From the NCBI RefSeq assembly GCF_038871235.1, contig NZ_JAVZIN010000005.1, positions 32,001 to 96,000 on the forward strand: a DNA stretch of 64,000 nt, given 5' to 3'. This document shows positions 27,907 to 37,290 of this stretch, one piece after another. Positions within the stretch are counted from its first letter, which is position 1. The number at the start of each line of letters is the position of its first letter. Position numbers and translations under genes: made by a program. The DNA is from Candidatus Hadarchaeum sp. GTDB taxonomy: Archaea; Hadarchaeota; Hadarchaeia; Hadarchaeales; Hadarchaeaceae. Under the pieces are notes generated by a model that saw nothing but the letters and a program-made list of their open reading frames with translations, was not told the DNA's origin and ran no database searches.

Positions 27907-28044
27907 AACCTGGCTGGATAAACCCGTTCCAAATTTCGATTCCTTCCCAATCTCTGATCAGTAAATTCCAAAGCGCACCTTCAACCGGCTTATTACGCAC
28001 GGCCGCGAATTAGCTTAAATAATTTACCAATACCGACACTGCTA

Positions 28045-28902
28045 TTATATCGACAGCAGAACCAACCCGACCAAAACAGCGCAGATGCCTATCTTCTGGT
28101 TAATCTCCACCATTTCTTTGAAAAATATCCTCGCCAGAAGGATGGTGACGACAGGGAAAGTGGCCGCGACTGGAGCCACGATCGCGGTGAACTCTGAAGC
28201 TACGCCCGCTCCATAAGCGGTGAAAGCCGTGGCCTCCAGAATTCCGACTACCACTACCATCGGGACGAAGCTTCTGGGGTAAGAGATGTCTCTATTTGCA
28301 AAACCTGAATACATCAGCAAGCTAAAGACGGTGACGGCCTTGACTAAGAGAACTGGTAAAAACCAACCGAGTTCGGCTACGAGAACATCAATGAAAATAT
28401 AGTGTACGCCCCAGGCCACCATCGATATCGCTGCAAATTGCGCCCCGGTGGCAAGATTTCTCAACCTGAGCTTTAGCAAGTCACGGAATTTAAATGAGGT
28501 CAAAAAAACTCCGGAAATGGTCAAAACAACTCCGATCGCCTGCGACCGTGAAAGGTTTTCGCCGAGAAAAGCTAGGCTCAAAATGACCGTGACCACAACC
28601 CAAGAGGCCGAAACTGGGCTGACTATGGAAACCTTACCAACCTGCAGTCCATGATAAAAAGCCAAACAGGCGACCACGTTAAGAAATCCCGCGAGCAAAA
28701 TGATTATCACCAAGTAAAATGATGGAACGGCAAGACCGACTAAAAAAGCCACGGCGATTAAAACGAGAAGGCCAACCGCTTGACCCCAGACAAGTGTTTT
28801 GAACACTCCGGCCCTTCTAATTGCTCTGGCGGCAAAGAAATCAGCTATCCCCCAAGAAAGCATCGCAACCAGCCCAAACAGCACTCCTGACGAGATATTC
28901 AT
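28045..28902 (-). CDS. EamA/DMT family transporter
   Basis: About 10 TM helices in two repeats; GKVSIVSP, FFKE. Confidence 0.88.
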   Translation of the reverse strand: MNISSGVLFGLVAMLSWGIADFFAARAIRRAGVFKTLVWGQAVGLLVLIAVAFLVGLAVPSFYLVIIILLAGFLNVVACLAFYHGLQVGKVSIVSPVSASWVVVTVILSLAFLGENLSRSQAIGVVLTISGVFLTSFKFRDLLKLRLRNLATGAQFAAISMVAWGVHYIFIDVLVAELGWFLPVLLVKAVTVFSLLMYSGFANRDISYPRSFVPMVVVVGILEATAFTAYGAGVASEFTAIVAPVAATFPVVTILLARIFFKEMVEINQKIGICAVLVGLVLLSI

Positions 28903-29006
28903 CGAATCCCCTAAATCCCAATCCGCGTTTTCTCCAAAATAAGTGGCGGCGCACCGATATCATGTGGATCAAGTCTTTTACAAACCGAGGTTCAATTATC
29001 GACTGG

Positions 29007-30918
29007 ATGTCGAGAGTGGAGCTGGTTCTGCCCGCTGGAGATGAGCTGTGCTTAAGGGCCGCAGTAAAAAATGGAGCCGACGCCATCTACCTCGGCCTAA
29101 GTAGATTCAACGCTAGGATGTTGGCCGAAAATTTTAACGAAAAAACAATCTTCAGTGCGGTAGACTACTGCCACGAGAGGGAGGTTAAAGTCTACGTGGC
29201 CTTTTAACACCTTGGTCAAAAATGAGGAGCTGGAGGACTATTTCAAGCTAATAAACGTGGCCTATTCAGCGGAGGCGGATGCCATCATTATTCAAGACCC
29301 CTGTTTTGTCCCTTTGCTCAGGCAAAACTTTCCCGATTTGGGCATTCATCTGTCCACCCAGGCGACAACGGTCAACAGCTACTCCATACCTAAAGATATC
29401 GACCGAGTCATTCTCGCCAGGGAGCTGAGTTATGATGAGATAAAAGCAATATCTCAGAAATTCCCCACTGAGGTCTTTGTCCATGGGGCGCTTTGCTTCA
29501 GCTACAGTGGACAGTGTCTATTTTCCTCGCTTGCGGGCGGCAGAAGCGGCAACAGGGGGATGTGCGCCCAGCCCTGCCGAAAGAAATACAACAACAGATA
29601 TCCGCTGAGCACCATGGATCTCTGCCTTCTGCCAAAGCTTCCTGAGATCATCGAGGCCGGCGTTACTTCCATGAAGGTAGAAGGAAGGCTGAGGGGCCCT
29701 CTCTACGTGGGCACCGTGGCACGAATCTATCGTAAGTACATCGACGCCTACTATCAGGGAAAGTTCAACATCGAGAGAAAAGATATCGAAGACCTCATGG
29801 TGGTCTTTAACAGAGGATTCACCACGGGCTTTGCCTTTAACGATAACGTTGTGGACCCAAAGAGGCCGATGAATCGGGGGTTGTTCCTAGGCACTCTCAA
29901 AGGCGGCAAATTGAAGCTCAGGGCTGACCTGAAAATCGGTGATGGTGTGGCTATCTGGATTAACGGTGACATTATTGGCTACAAAGTAAACAAGATCTTA
30001 AAGGACGGCACCGAGGTCAGCCAAGCTTTCACCGGCGATGAGGTCGAGATTGATATCAAGGGAGCAAAAGACGGATCTCCGGTCTACAAAACCTCGTCAG
30101 TTGACATCAAGCTTGAACTGGGTGAGGAAATATGGCCTGTGGAGCCCAGACTCAGGCCGAGAAAAATCACCTTACCTAAGTTTAAGGCCGTTGAAAACGA
30201 TTCAAGGATTATGATCTTTGTCAAAGCACACGATAAGGAAATGGTCCTAGCCGCCGAAAGGGCCGGAGCTGATGTGGTTTACTACGATGTCCTCAAGGAG
30301 GATTGCAAGCAAGTTAAAAACTTGATGAGGAAATCCCGTTTCTTTGTTTACACGCCACGAATCCTCTCCGACAAGCAAGTGACCGAGATAGCTGAAAAAA
30401 TAAGCCAAATAGAGCCCGCCGGCGTGCTGGTAGGTAACCGTGGTCTGTTAAAATTTTTAAGTGGGTTTGACCTGCACTTAGATTATTCCTTCAACTGTTT
30501 CAACGATGTCGATCTTCAATGTTACCCAGGCGTCCCCATCATCTCCCCCGAGCTTAACTTTAAAGAGACGATCTCCCTGAAAAATAAGCGTTTCATCGTG
30601 ATGATACATGGAGACATAATCCTGATGAGCAGCAAACAAAAATTAGGGGTTAAGGAACTCGTCGACGAACAAGGCAGGCGCTTCAGGGTTAGAATCAATC
30701 ACGGCATCACTGAGATTCTCAACTGGAAACAGCTGGGGCTCTTCAACAAGGCTCGAGATTACGTTCGGGCCGGCATAAAATACTTCTACATCGATGTTGA
30801 AAAAGAAGTGGACAAATTCATCCGCATCTACCGAAAGATACTGAACTTTGAACCATTTGACGATCACAACATTAAGAAAGGTTACACGACGGGACACTTT
30901 AGCCGAGGAGTACTTTAA
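29007..30918 (+). pseudogene. U32-family (RlhA/TrhP-like) Fe-S RNA hydroxylase gene split by a +1 frameshift near 29202-29207
   Basis: ELVLPAG, GADAIYLG, FNAR, then GCC TTT TAA C. Removing one T gives VYVAFNTLVKNEEL and continues into HLSTQ, LAREL, EVFVHGALCFSYSGQC, NRGMCAQPCR, KVEGR. Confidence 0.85.
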
Positions 30919-30928
30919 CACCGATAGG

Positions 30929-31285
30929 TTATCTCGGTCTTAATTTCATGGCGCGGCGAAGGTAAACCATTGAAGAAACGATTAAGACGATCCCAACTCC
31001 GACAAATATCACCCTATCCATCAAAGCCAGAGCCCTGGAGACTGACTGCCAAAGCAATCCCGCGCCCAACGTTGCCAGAATGGGCAGATAGGTTACGATG
31101 GAGTTGCCTCCGAACCTCTTTTCCAAGCAGTCTCCTATCAGCGGTAGATAGGAAATGGTGAGGACTACGCCAACGACAAGCATGACCAAGTCTGTCATGA
31201 ACGAAACGGTGTAAAGCTTGGATCCCTCCAGCATCAAAAAGATTCCGACCACAAGAATAACAATAGCTATCCAAGGCCTCCTCAC
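30929..31285 (-). CDS. Small four-TM hypothetical membrane protein
   Basis: Four hydrophobic segments; fills the intergenic space. Confidence 0.65.
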   Translation of the reverse strand: MRRPWIAIVILVVGIFLMLEGSKLYTVSFMTDLVMLVVGVVLTISYLPLIGDCLEKRFGGNSIVTYLPILATLGAGLLWQSVSRALALMDRVIFVGVGIVLIVSSMVYLRRAMKLRPR

Positions 31286-31358
31286 TCGGGCACCACAATT
31301 GACTCTGAATCTATCTATTTAAAGTTGCAATCGAATCCTCCTGATTGGTCGTGCCAAG

Positions 31359-32036
31359 ATGAGGGTTGCCGTGCTCTTTACCGGTGGAAAGGACTCAACT
31401 TATGCCACTTATCTCTCCCTTAAGAAAGGCTTTGAGGTGAAGTATCTCATCACCATGGCATCCAAAAACCCATTCTCTTGGATGTTTCATTCCGTAAACA
31501 TCAACGCCACCAAGCTCCAAGCCGAGGCGGTGGGGATCAAACAGATTATGAGACAAACGCTGGGTAAAAAAGAATACGAGCTGGAGGATCTTAAAGGAGC
31601 CATCGAGGAAGTAAAGGGAGAGATAGACGGAATCATCAGCGGCAGCATCTCCAGCTCCTACCAGAAGAACCGAGTTGACCTGATCGCTAAAGAGCTGGGC
31701 TTGGTCTCCCTATCTCCACTTTGGGGTCTAGATCCGGTTGAGCTCCTTCGCGACATGATAAAGGTGGGCTTTGACATCATCATTACTAGTGTGGCCGCCC
31801 AAGGATTTGGCCCAAGCTGGCTGGGAAGGAGAATCGACGAAAAAGCTGTCGAGGAACTGGAAAAGCTGTGCCAAAAGTACGGGATAAACCCAAGTGGTGA
31901 AGGAGGAGAATATGAGAGCTTCGTTTTAGATGCACCCATATTCAGAAAAAGGATCGAAATCATCGACGCGGAAAGGATCTGGAGCGGGACCAACGGGTAT
32001 TTACTTATCAAACAAGCTAGGATTGTGGAGAAGTGA
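31359..32036 (+). CDS. dph6: Diphthine--ammonia ligase (PP-loop ATPase)
   Basis: FTGGKDS, SWMFH, SSYQKNR, PLW, GEGGEYES. Confidence 0.9.
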   Translation: MRVAVLFTGGKDSTYATYLSLKKGFEVKYLITMASKNPFSWMFHSVNINATKLQAEAVGIKQIMRQTLGKKEYELEDLKGAIEEVKGEIDGIISGSISSSYQKNRVDLIAKELGLVSLSPLWGLDPVELLRDMIKVGFDIIITSVAAQGFGPSWLGRRIDEKAVEELEKLCQKYGINPSGEGGEYESFVLDAPIFRKRIEIIDAERIWSGTNGYLLIKQARIVEK

Positions 32037-32039
32037 TCT

Positions 32040-33068
32040 ATGAGAACCGCACTTGTTTATTCGGACAAATACTTAGAACATAACCCTGGGCTGGGTCACC
32101 CGGAAAGACCGGAGCGCCTGAAGGCCATTGTCAGCGGCCTCAAGAGGTTCAACCTCTGGAACACACAGGAAATCAAGGTGGTCGAACCCTATCCAGCCAA
32201 GCTCGAGGACATTAAGCTGGTCCACGATCCTGAGTACATCTCACTGGTGGAAAAATTGAGCGCGATGGAAAGACCGATTGACGGCGATACCCCGGCTAAA
32301 AAAAATACCTTTGAACTGGCGCTGCTCGCAGCTGGTGGCGCCATCACCGCCGGCAATCTTGTGATGTCGGGTGGGGCCAAAAATGCCTTCGCTCTGGTGA
32401 GGCCACCAGGCCACCACGCCTGCAGAAGCCACGGAGGTGGTTTCTGCTACTTCAACAACATCGCCATAATGATTGAACGCCTGAAGCTGGACTTCAAGCT
32501 GAAAAGAATCTTTGTGCTCGACTTTGACGCCCACCACGGCAACGGAACGCAGGAAATATTCTACGCAGACCCCAGCGTTCTCTATATGTCGCTGCACCAG
32601 CACCCGTTGACCCTCTACCCCGGAACTGGTTTTCCCGACGAGATTGGCGAGGGTGAAGGTATAGGGTTGAAGGTCAACGTGCCGATGGAACCCGGCAGCG
32701 GAGATATCGAATACTGGGCAGCGATGAAAGAGATCTTCATCCCGCTCTGTGAAAAGTTTAAACCTGATTTCTTCGCCGTCTCGGCCGGGTTTGATGCTCA
32801 CTTCGATGACCCGCTGACCGGCCTGCACCTGTCCACCAAAGCGTACGGTTGGCTGGCCAGCGCTGTGATTGAGCAGGCGGAAAAATGGTGCGGCGGCAAG
32901 GCGGTTTTTCTGCTCGAGGGAGGATATGACCTGGAAGCCCTTGCCAGCGGCGCTGTTTATGTGGTCCGGGCAATGCAGGGTGAAAAGTTCACGCCGCCGG
33001 AAGAAAAAACACGCTTAAAGGTAATCGAAGAGGTAAAGAAAGCCCTCGCTGAAAAATGGTCGCTATAA
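32040..33068 (+). CDS. Histone deacetylase-family Zn amidohydrolase
   Basis: HPERPER, RPPGHHA, GFCYFNN, DFDAHHGNGTQ, SAGFDAH, LEGGY. Confidence 0.95.
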   Translation: MRTALVYSDKYLEHNPGLGHPERPERLKAIVSGLKRFNLWNTQEIKVVEPYPAKLEDIKLVHDPEYISLVEKLSAMERPIDGDTPAKKNTFELALLAAGGAITAGNLVMSGGAKNAFALVRPPGHHACRSHGGGFCYFNNIAIMIERLKLDFKLKRIFVLDFDAHHGNGTQEIFYADPSVLYMSLHQHPLTLYPGTGFPDEIGEGEGIGLKVNVPMEPGSGDIEYWAAMKEIFIPLCEKFKPDFFAVSAGFDAHFDDPLTGLHLSTKAYGWLASAVIEQAEKWCGGKAVFLLEGGYDLEALASGAVYVVRAMQGEKFTPPEEKTRLKVIEEVKKALAEKWSL

Positions 33069-34271
33069 AGTTCCCATCTCTCTAGCTATCTGCCCCACCA
33101 ACTCAACGAATTTTTCTACCTCAGTCTCCAAGTTGAAATAGTGTACCGAAGCGCGGGCAGTGCCGTTGATCTTAAGGTGTCTGAAAGTGGGCTGGGCACA
33201 GTGGTGTCCTGAACGAATGGCAATCTTGGCCAGCTCATCGAGCATGGAGGCCACTTCATGAGGGCCAAGCCCGCTGATGTTGAAACTAACCACTCCACCA
33301 CGCCGGTTCAAGTTCATAGGACCATAGACTTCCACTTGGCTGTATTTTCCTATCACAAGCATCCGCTCGGTAAGCTTCTTCTCCCTCTCTGCAATTTTAT
33401 CAATGCCTATATCCATCACATACTCGCAGGCCTTTCCCAGACCGATGATGCCCGGAATGTTCGGCGTCCCGGCGTCGAAGAGCTGGGGTGGATCGACCAA
33501 CTTTGCGCCGTGCAACTCAACATCTTCCACTATTCCACCCCCTGTTAAAAGGGGTTCAAGCTCGAAAATCTTATCTTCACGGGCATAAAGAAATCCTGTT
33601 CCCTGCGGCCCAAGAAGTCCCTTGTGTCCAGGCGCTGCCAAAAAGTCGCAGCCTATCCTACGAACATCAACAGGCATATGTCCTACCGACTGCGCAGCAT
33701 CAACCAAATAAAGAACCTCATGATCCCGGGCCAGCTTCCCGATCTCCTCAACCGGCTGAATGCTACCGATCGCGTTAGAAACATGGTGGGTGGTTATGAG
33801 ACGTGTGTTCTTGTCCATCGCCACCTCAAACTCAACGGGGTCAAGCAGACATTCCTTAGAGCTTCCGACCACCTCCAGCCTCACGCCGCGTTCTTTCTCC
33901 AACCGTTGCCAGGGTAAAAGATTGCTGTGATGCTCAAACAACGAGGTTATCACCTTGTCGCCTTTTTTCAGATCCAGCCCCCTGGCCACGATATTTATGG
34001 CCTCGGTTGTGTTTTTGGTAAAAATTATTTCACTTGGCTTGGCGCCTATGACCCGAGCAACCTTTTCCCGGGCCGCCTCAAACTCCTCAGTAGCTCGCCT
34101 AGTTGCCCGATGCAATCCCCGCCCTACATTCGCGCTGAACTCGTGATAATAGCTCAGCATCGCTTCAATTACCGGTTCTGGTGTCGGCGTGGTGGCTGCG
34201 TTGTCCAAGTAGATGATCCCCGTGCGCAAAAAAGGTATGTCCGCCCTGACCTCATCAACGCTTTTCGTCAA
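33063..34271 (-). CDS. Cysteine desulfurase, SufS-like
   Basis: YLDNAATT, EHHSN, DAAQ, GHKGLLGP, RSGHHCAQP. Confidence 0.92.
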   Translation of the reverse strand: MTKSVDEVRADIPFLRTGIIYLDNAATTPTPEPVIEAMLSYYHEFSANVGRGLHRATRRATEEFEAAREKVARVIGAKPSEIIFTKNTTEAINIVARGLDLKKGDKVITSLFEHHSNLLPWQRLEKERGVRLEVVGSSKECLLDPVEFEVAMDKNTRLITTHHVSNAIGSIQPVEEIGKLARDHEVLYLVDAAQSVGHMPVDVRRIGCDFLAAPGHKGLLGPQGTGFLYAREDKIFELEPLLTGGGIVEDVELHGAKLVDPPQLFDAGTPNIPGIIGLGKACEYVMDIGIDKIAEREKKLTERMLVIGKYSQVEVYGPMNLNRRGGVVSFNISGLGPHEVASMLDELAKIAIRSGHHCAQPTFRHLKINGTARASVHYFNLETEVEKFVELVGQIAREMGTL

Positions 34272-34362
34272 GGTTTCAACTCCTCTTGGTCACACTCTGG
34301 TCTAAATTGTCCCGCCTGTCTTAATCTAACTTTCCTTTTAGGCAATTCATCGGTCGAAAAGC

Positions 34363-34620
34363 TCAGAGAAGCCTAGTGATGCTGGTGACTTGAACGTTAC
34401 CCACGCCGGGAATGCTCAAAATCTCATTCTCCAGGGGTTCGGTTCCACCTGCTGCGTCTTCAATGACAGCAACTACCCTCAACGCTGTCAGCCCAAAGGC
34501 TATCGGCTCCCTTGAAATCGAGTGAACCTTAACGCGCGCTCGGACACTGGCCTCAAGCTGACTCAAATCCACATCAGCACTGTCAGGCATGACGCGTAGA
34601 GTAACGGCAACTTCAGCCAT
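34363..34620 (-). CDS. ef1b: Translation elongation factor aEF-1beta
   Basis: LRVMP, VDL, EPIAFGL. Confidence 0.93.
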   Translation of the reverse strand: MAEVAVTLRVMPDSADVDLSQLEASVRARVKVHSISREPIAFGLTALRVVAVIEDAAGGTEPLENEILSIPGVGNVQVTSITRLL

Positions 34621-34629
34621 CCGATCACC

Positions 34630-34794
34630 TCAAGGCCCGGTGAACCCACACTTGGAGCAACGATAGGGATTGCTAAGGCGCCTGCATTTAGCGCAGCGCA
34701 GGATCTCGACCTCACCACAGTTGGGGCAGAGGAATTTCACGACGATTTCACCCTGGGGGATGTCCCGATTGCAAGAGGTGCAAACGTTTACCAT
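34630..34794 (-). CDS. Zn-ribbon RNA-binding protein (DUF1610/HVO_2753 type)
   Basis: Not in the ORF track. Manual translation: MVNVCTSCNRDIPQGEIVVKFLCPNCGEVEILRCAKCRRLSNPYRCSKCGFTGP. Conserved position upstream of EF-1beta. Confidence 0.92.
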   Translation of the reverse strand: MVNVCTSCNRDIPQGEIVVKFLCPNCGEVEILRCAKCRRLSNPYRCSKCGFTGP

Positions 34795-35029
34795 GGTCTC
34801 GCCATATCCGTTGGTTGTAACATCTATAAAAATTGACGCCTTACTCTTAAAGCAATAAAAGGGTTAATCCAAAACTTCCAAATTAGGCATCAAAATATCG
34901 GGAGGGTTACACAGCTCTGGTTTTTTCAGCTCCGGTTTTAGATCTGCTTCCAACCCCACCGATTTAAATTAACTTTGTTTAGACTAAGTCACCTTATCAA
35001 ATTAAAACATTGAGCAACAATTTGATAAC

Positions 35030-35106
35030 GGGCCCGTAGTCTAGCCTGGATAGGACATGAGCCTGCGGAGCTTAGGACTCGGGTTCAAATCCCGACGGGC
35101 CCGCCA
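35030..35106 (+). tRNA. tRNA-Arg(GCG), intron-less, CCA encoded
   Basis: Acceptor stem GGGCCCG/CGGGCCC, anticodon arm TGAGC-CTGCGGA-GCTTA, T-loop GGTTCAAATCC, 3' GCCA. Confidence 0.95.
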
Positions 35107-35389
35107 ATCCGACGTTCTTCAAAAGGACTTGCCCAAATTCTCTTGCCCGCACCTTTAAATGTATTAAAAAGAGCTCGAGCCTGTTGTCCTAATCATCTGA
35201 AGTTTCCAACGCGCTATGCGGCTCTGATGAATTTCAAGCTAAATTTTTCCAATAATCCGGTTAAACTCTGGCAAAAAATCTTCATCTGCTTTACCCAACT
35301 CCGGCTGTTATTTACCGTAAAGTACGCTAATATCGCAACCAAGTTAAATTATATAACGCCAGAAAATGCTCTAGGACCCAGTTGGGTAA

Positions 35390-35590
35390 ATGGTTGTGGT
35401 CTCCAAAACAATAGACGGCTTTTTCATCAAAGATACGGTGGAAAAGCCCATTTTGGCAACTTATGGTAACTTGGTAAGTAAAAACATTCTGGGGGTGAGA
35501 AGTCGAATTGACGGCAGGATTATGATAATACATGATTACGGAGTTATATGGCTTAAATTCCGCAAACACGATAAAAAGATAAGATCTTAA
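35390..35590 (+). CDS. Small hypothetical protein or gene fragment
   Basis: 66 aa ORF with a TTATATAA box about 40 nt upstream; no motif recognised. Confidence 0.3.
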   Translation: MVVVSKTIDGFFIKDTVEKPILATYGNLVSKNILGVRSRIDGRIMIIHDYGVIWLKFRKHDKKIRS

Positions 35591-35680
35591 TTATTTTTAA
35601 TTTTTAGGTTGTAAGTAAGAAAATAAAAATTTTAAATGATCCCTGAATTTTTTCTATATCTTGGACAATGTTATTTTATC

Positions 35681-35920
35681 TTAATTCTGATTTTTACGAA
35701 ACAGGCGGAGGATATCGCCTTTGTGAACTTTCGCATGACATGATCTGCATAGTGCAACAAAATCATCAGGGTTTTTTGCAGGGTATTTTTTATGGTGAAT
35801 TACTAATGGGCCAATCCGACCGCACCTATAACATGTATGTCTCTCCCTTGCAATTATCACTCGCCGAATGTGCGTCCACCACGACATCTTATCACTATTT
35901 AAGCTTAGAAGATCGACCAT
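35681..35920 (-). CDS. Small HNH endonuclease
   Basis: W..IRR.II.RERHTCYRCG...LVIHH...N...FVALCRSCHAKVH. Start may be Met at 35887. Confidence 0.85.
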   Translation of the reverse strand: MVDLLSLNSDKMSWWTHIRRVIIARERHTCYRCGRIGPLVIHHKKYPAKNPDDFVALCRSCHAKVHKGDILRLFRKNQN

Positions 35921-36926
35921 TCCTAATCCTATTTAACTCCGCCTTAAGTGTATCCACTTCTGAAACAAGATTCGAAAACAGATGACGTTTAGCTTGGTCT
36001 TCTAAAATAGCTTTTACTTCAGATCGCGGCATACTGCGTAGTACCTCTACCGCTGATGCGATTGTTTCCCAGAGAGGATCGCCCCTATCAGGATATTTGC
36101 GATATAGTGTATTTAATGCATCTTCAATGGTGCCCTTCTCAAGTTCTTTTGTAGCGTCTGTATCTTCAAGTATGTCAGGAAGCACCCTAACGTCCCTATG
36201 GGTTCTGAATTTCCCTGCTGCCAACCATTCCATGAATTTATCTCGAAATGAGCGATCTACTGTGGCCTTCTGCACGAGATAAGATTTTTTGAAAAATTCA
36301 TCGAAGTAAGTGAAGCGTTTTATACCAACAGGATCATTTGGATACTTCTTAAGAAATCTCTGGCATTCTTCATATGCAAGCAACGCACGTTTTATAGTAC
36401 TCTTTGATACTCCAATATACTCTGCTATAATATCGTAAGTAAGCCCCTTATCGCGGTGCATTTTAAAAATATGACTCGCTTTGTTCAGAGCATCCCACTC
36501 CTTTTTCCCTGAAACATGCCATACAGCTAACATTATATCCATGCGAATGGGATCAATTTTTTTTGGGATAATCTCACATGGAATCTTATCAAAATAGCTG
36601 GCTGGGAAATCATCTATTTCACCATTATCGACTGCCTCCTTCAGTTTTCGCAAGGCGACTACCCGACGATTCCCTTCTTTTATTATGTAATACCCGTCTC
36701 CCTCCATAACAAAAGGTGGCTCTATAAGCCCCTTTGCAGCTTGAATAGATTTCATGAGGTCCCTTGTTTCGTTTTCTTTCCATATTTCGTCTTCGAGTTC
36801 TTTGTCAGAAAGCGGCCCGGGCAAATGTGAGAACCTAACGTTCGTAGGGTCTAGTTTTAATTTCCATAACGGAATACGCTCTTCCCTAGTTTCGATTTTC
36901 TCTCCTGCTACCATCCTTAACGGCAT
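35895..36926 (-). CDS. ParB/Srx-like N-terminal domain protein with HTH
   Basis: LKLDPTNVRF, GLIEPPFV, EGNRRVVAL, HVSGKKEW, GLTYDIIAEYIGVSKSTIKR HTH; AGGAGG RBS. Confidence 0.8.
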   Translation of the reverse strand: MPLRMVAGEKIETREERIPLWKLKLDPTNVRFSHLPGPLSDKELEDEIWKENETRDLMKSIQAAKGLIEPPFVMEGDGYYIIKEGNRRVVALRKLKEAVDNGEIDDFPASYFDKIPCEIIPKKIDPIRMDIMLAVWHVSGKKEWDALNKASHIFKMHRDKGLTYDIIAEYIGVSKSTIKRALLAYEECQRFLKKYPNDPVGIKRFTYFDEFFKKSYLVQKATVDRSFRDKFMEWLAAGKFRTHRDVRVLPDILEDTDATKELEKGTIEDALNTLYRKYPDRGDPLWETIASAVEVLRSMPRSEVKAILEDQAKRHLFSNLVSEVDTLKAELNRIRNGRSSKLK

Positions 36927-37010
36927 TATGATTCCTCCTTTTAGCTCGAGTTAAGGCTCTGCCACCCACCCTCTGTCGGCGGGCGTTTCATCGCATTTAA
37001 TAATAGTATC

Positions 37011-37032
37011 ATAGTACTATATAAGGTTTTCG
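37011..37032 (-). promoter_or_regulatory. BRE/TATA promoter of the ParB-like operon with overlapping palindrome
   Basis: Minus strand CGAAAACC-TTATATA; perfect palindrome ATAGTACTAT at 37011-37020. Confidence 0.55.
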
Positions 37033-37290
37033 GGTTCTAAAAACAAAAGCTTAATCTCTGGCTAACCGGTTTAAGCTATTCCGTGTGGGTGGAGAAATTT
37101 ACAATGGCCAACAACACATTTGGTTTTAGCTCATTGCCACAACTACCTAATTTTTCGATTGTCTAGGAACTATATGCACGGGCTGTCTTGTCATCAAAAT
37201 CCTAACAAACTTAATTAAAAATTATCTTTAAACATTTAGAAATTAACTGGCTCGTTATTTTTATAGGTCGCGATCGAGAAACTAGTAAGT

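Larger units (their letters stand above)
35107..37290. mobile_element. AT-rich tRNA-adjacent genomic islet (integration relic, no integrase seen)
   Basis: Starts right after the tRNA 3' end; visibly AT-richer with looser gene packing; carries HNH and ParB-like genes. Confidence 0.5.

Noticed and set aside
35224-35260. CTGATGA resembling a hammerhead ribozyme core
   Set aside because: No stem II followed by GAAA and no stems I or III.
35143-35985. Overlapping short ORFs 35143-35469, 35327-35569 and 35668-35985
   Set aside because: No motifs or RBS; they overlap better-supported ORFs in AT-rich DNA.
37030-37040. TCGGGTTC matching the tRNA-Arg T-arm as a possible attR
   Set aside because: Only 8 bp match and the rest of the tRNA 3' end is not repeated; chance cannot be excluded.
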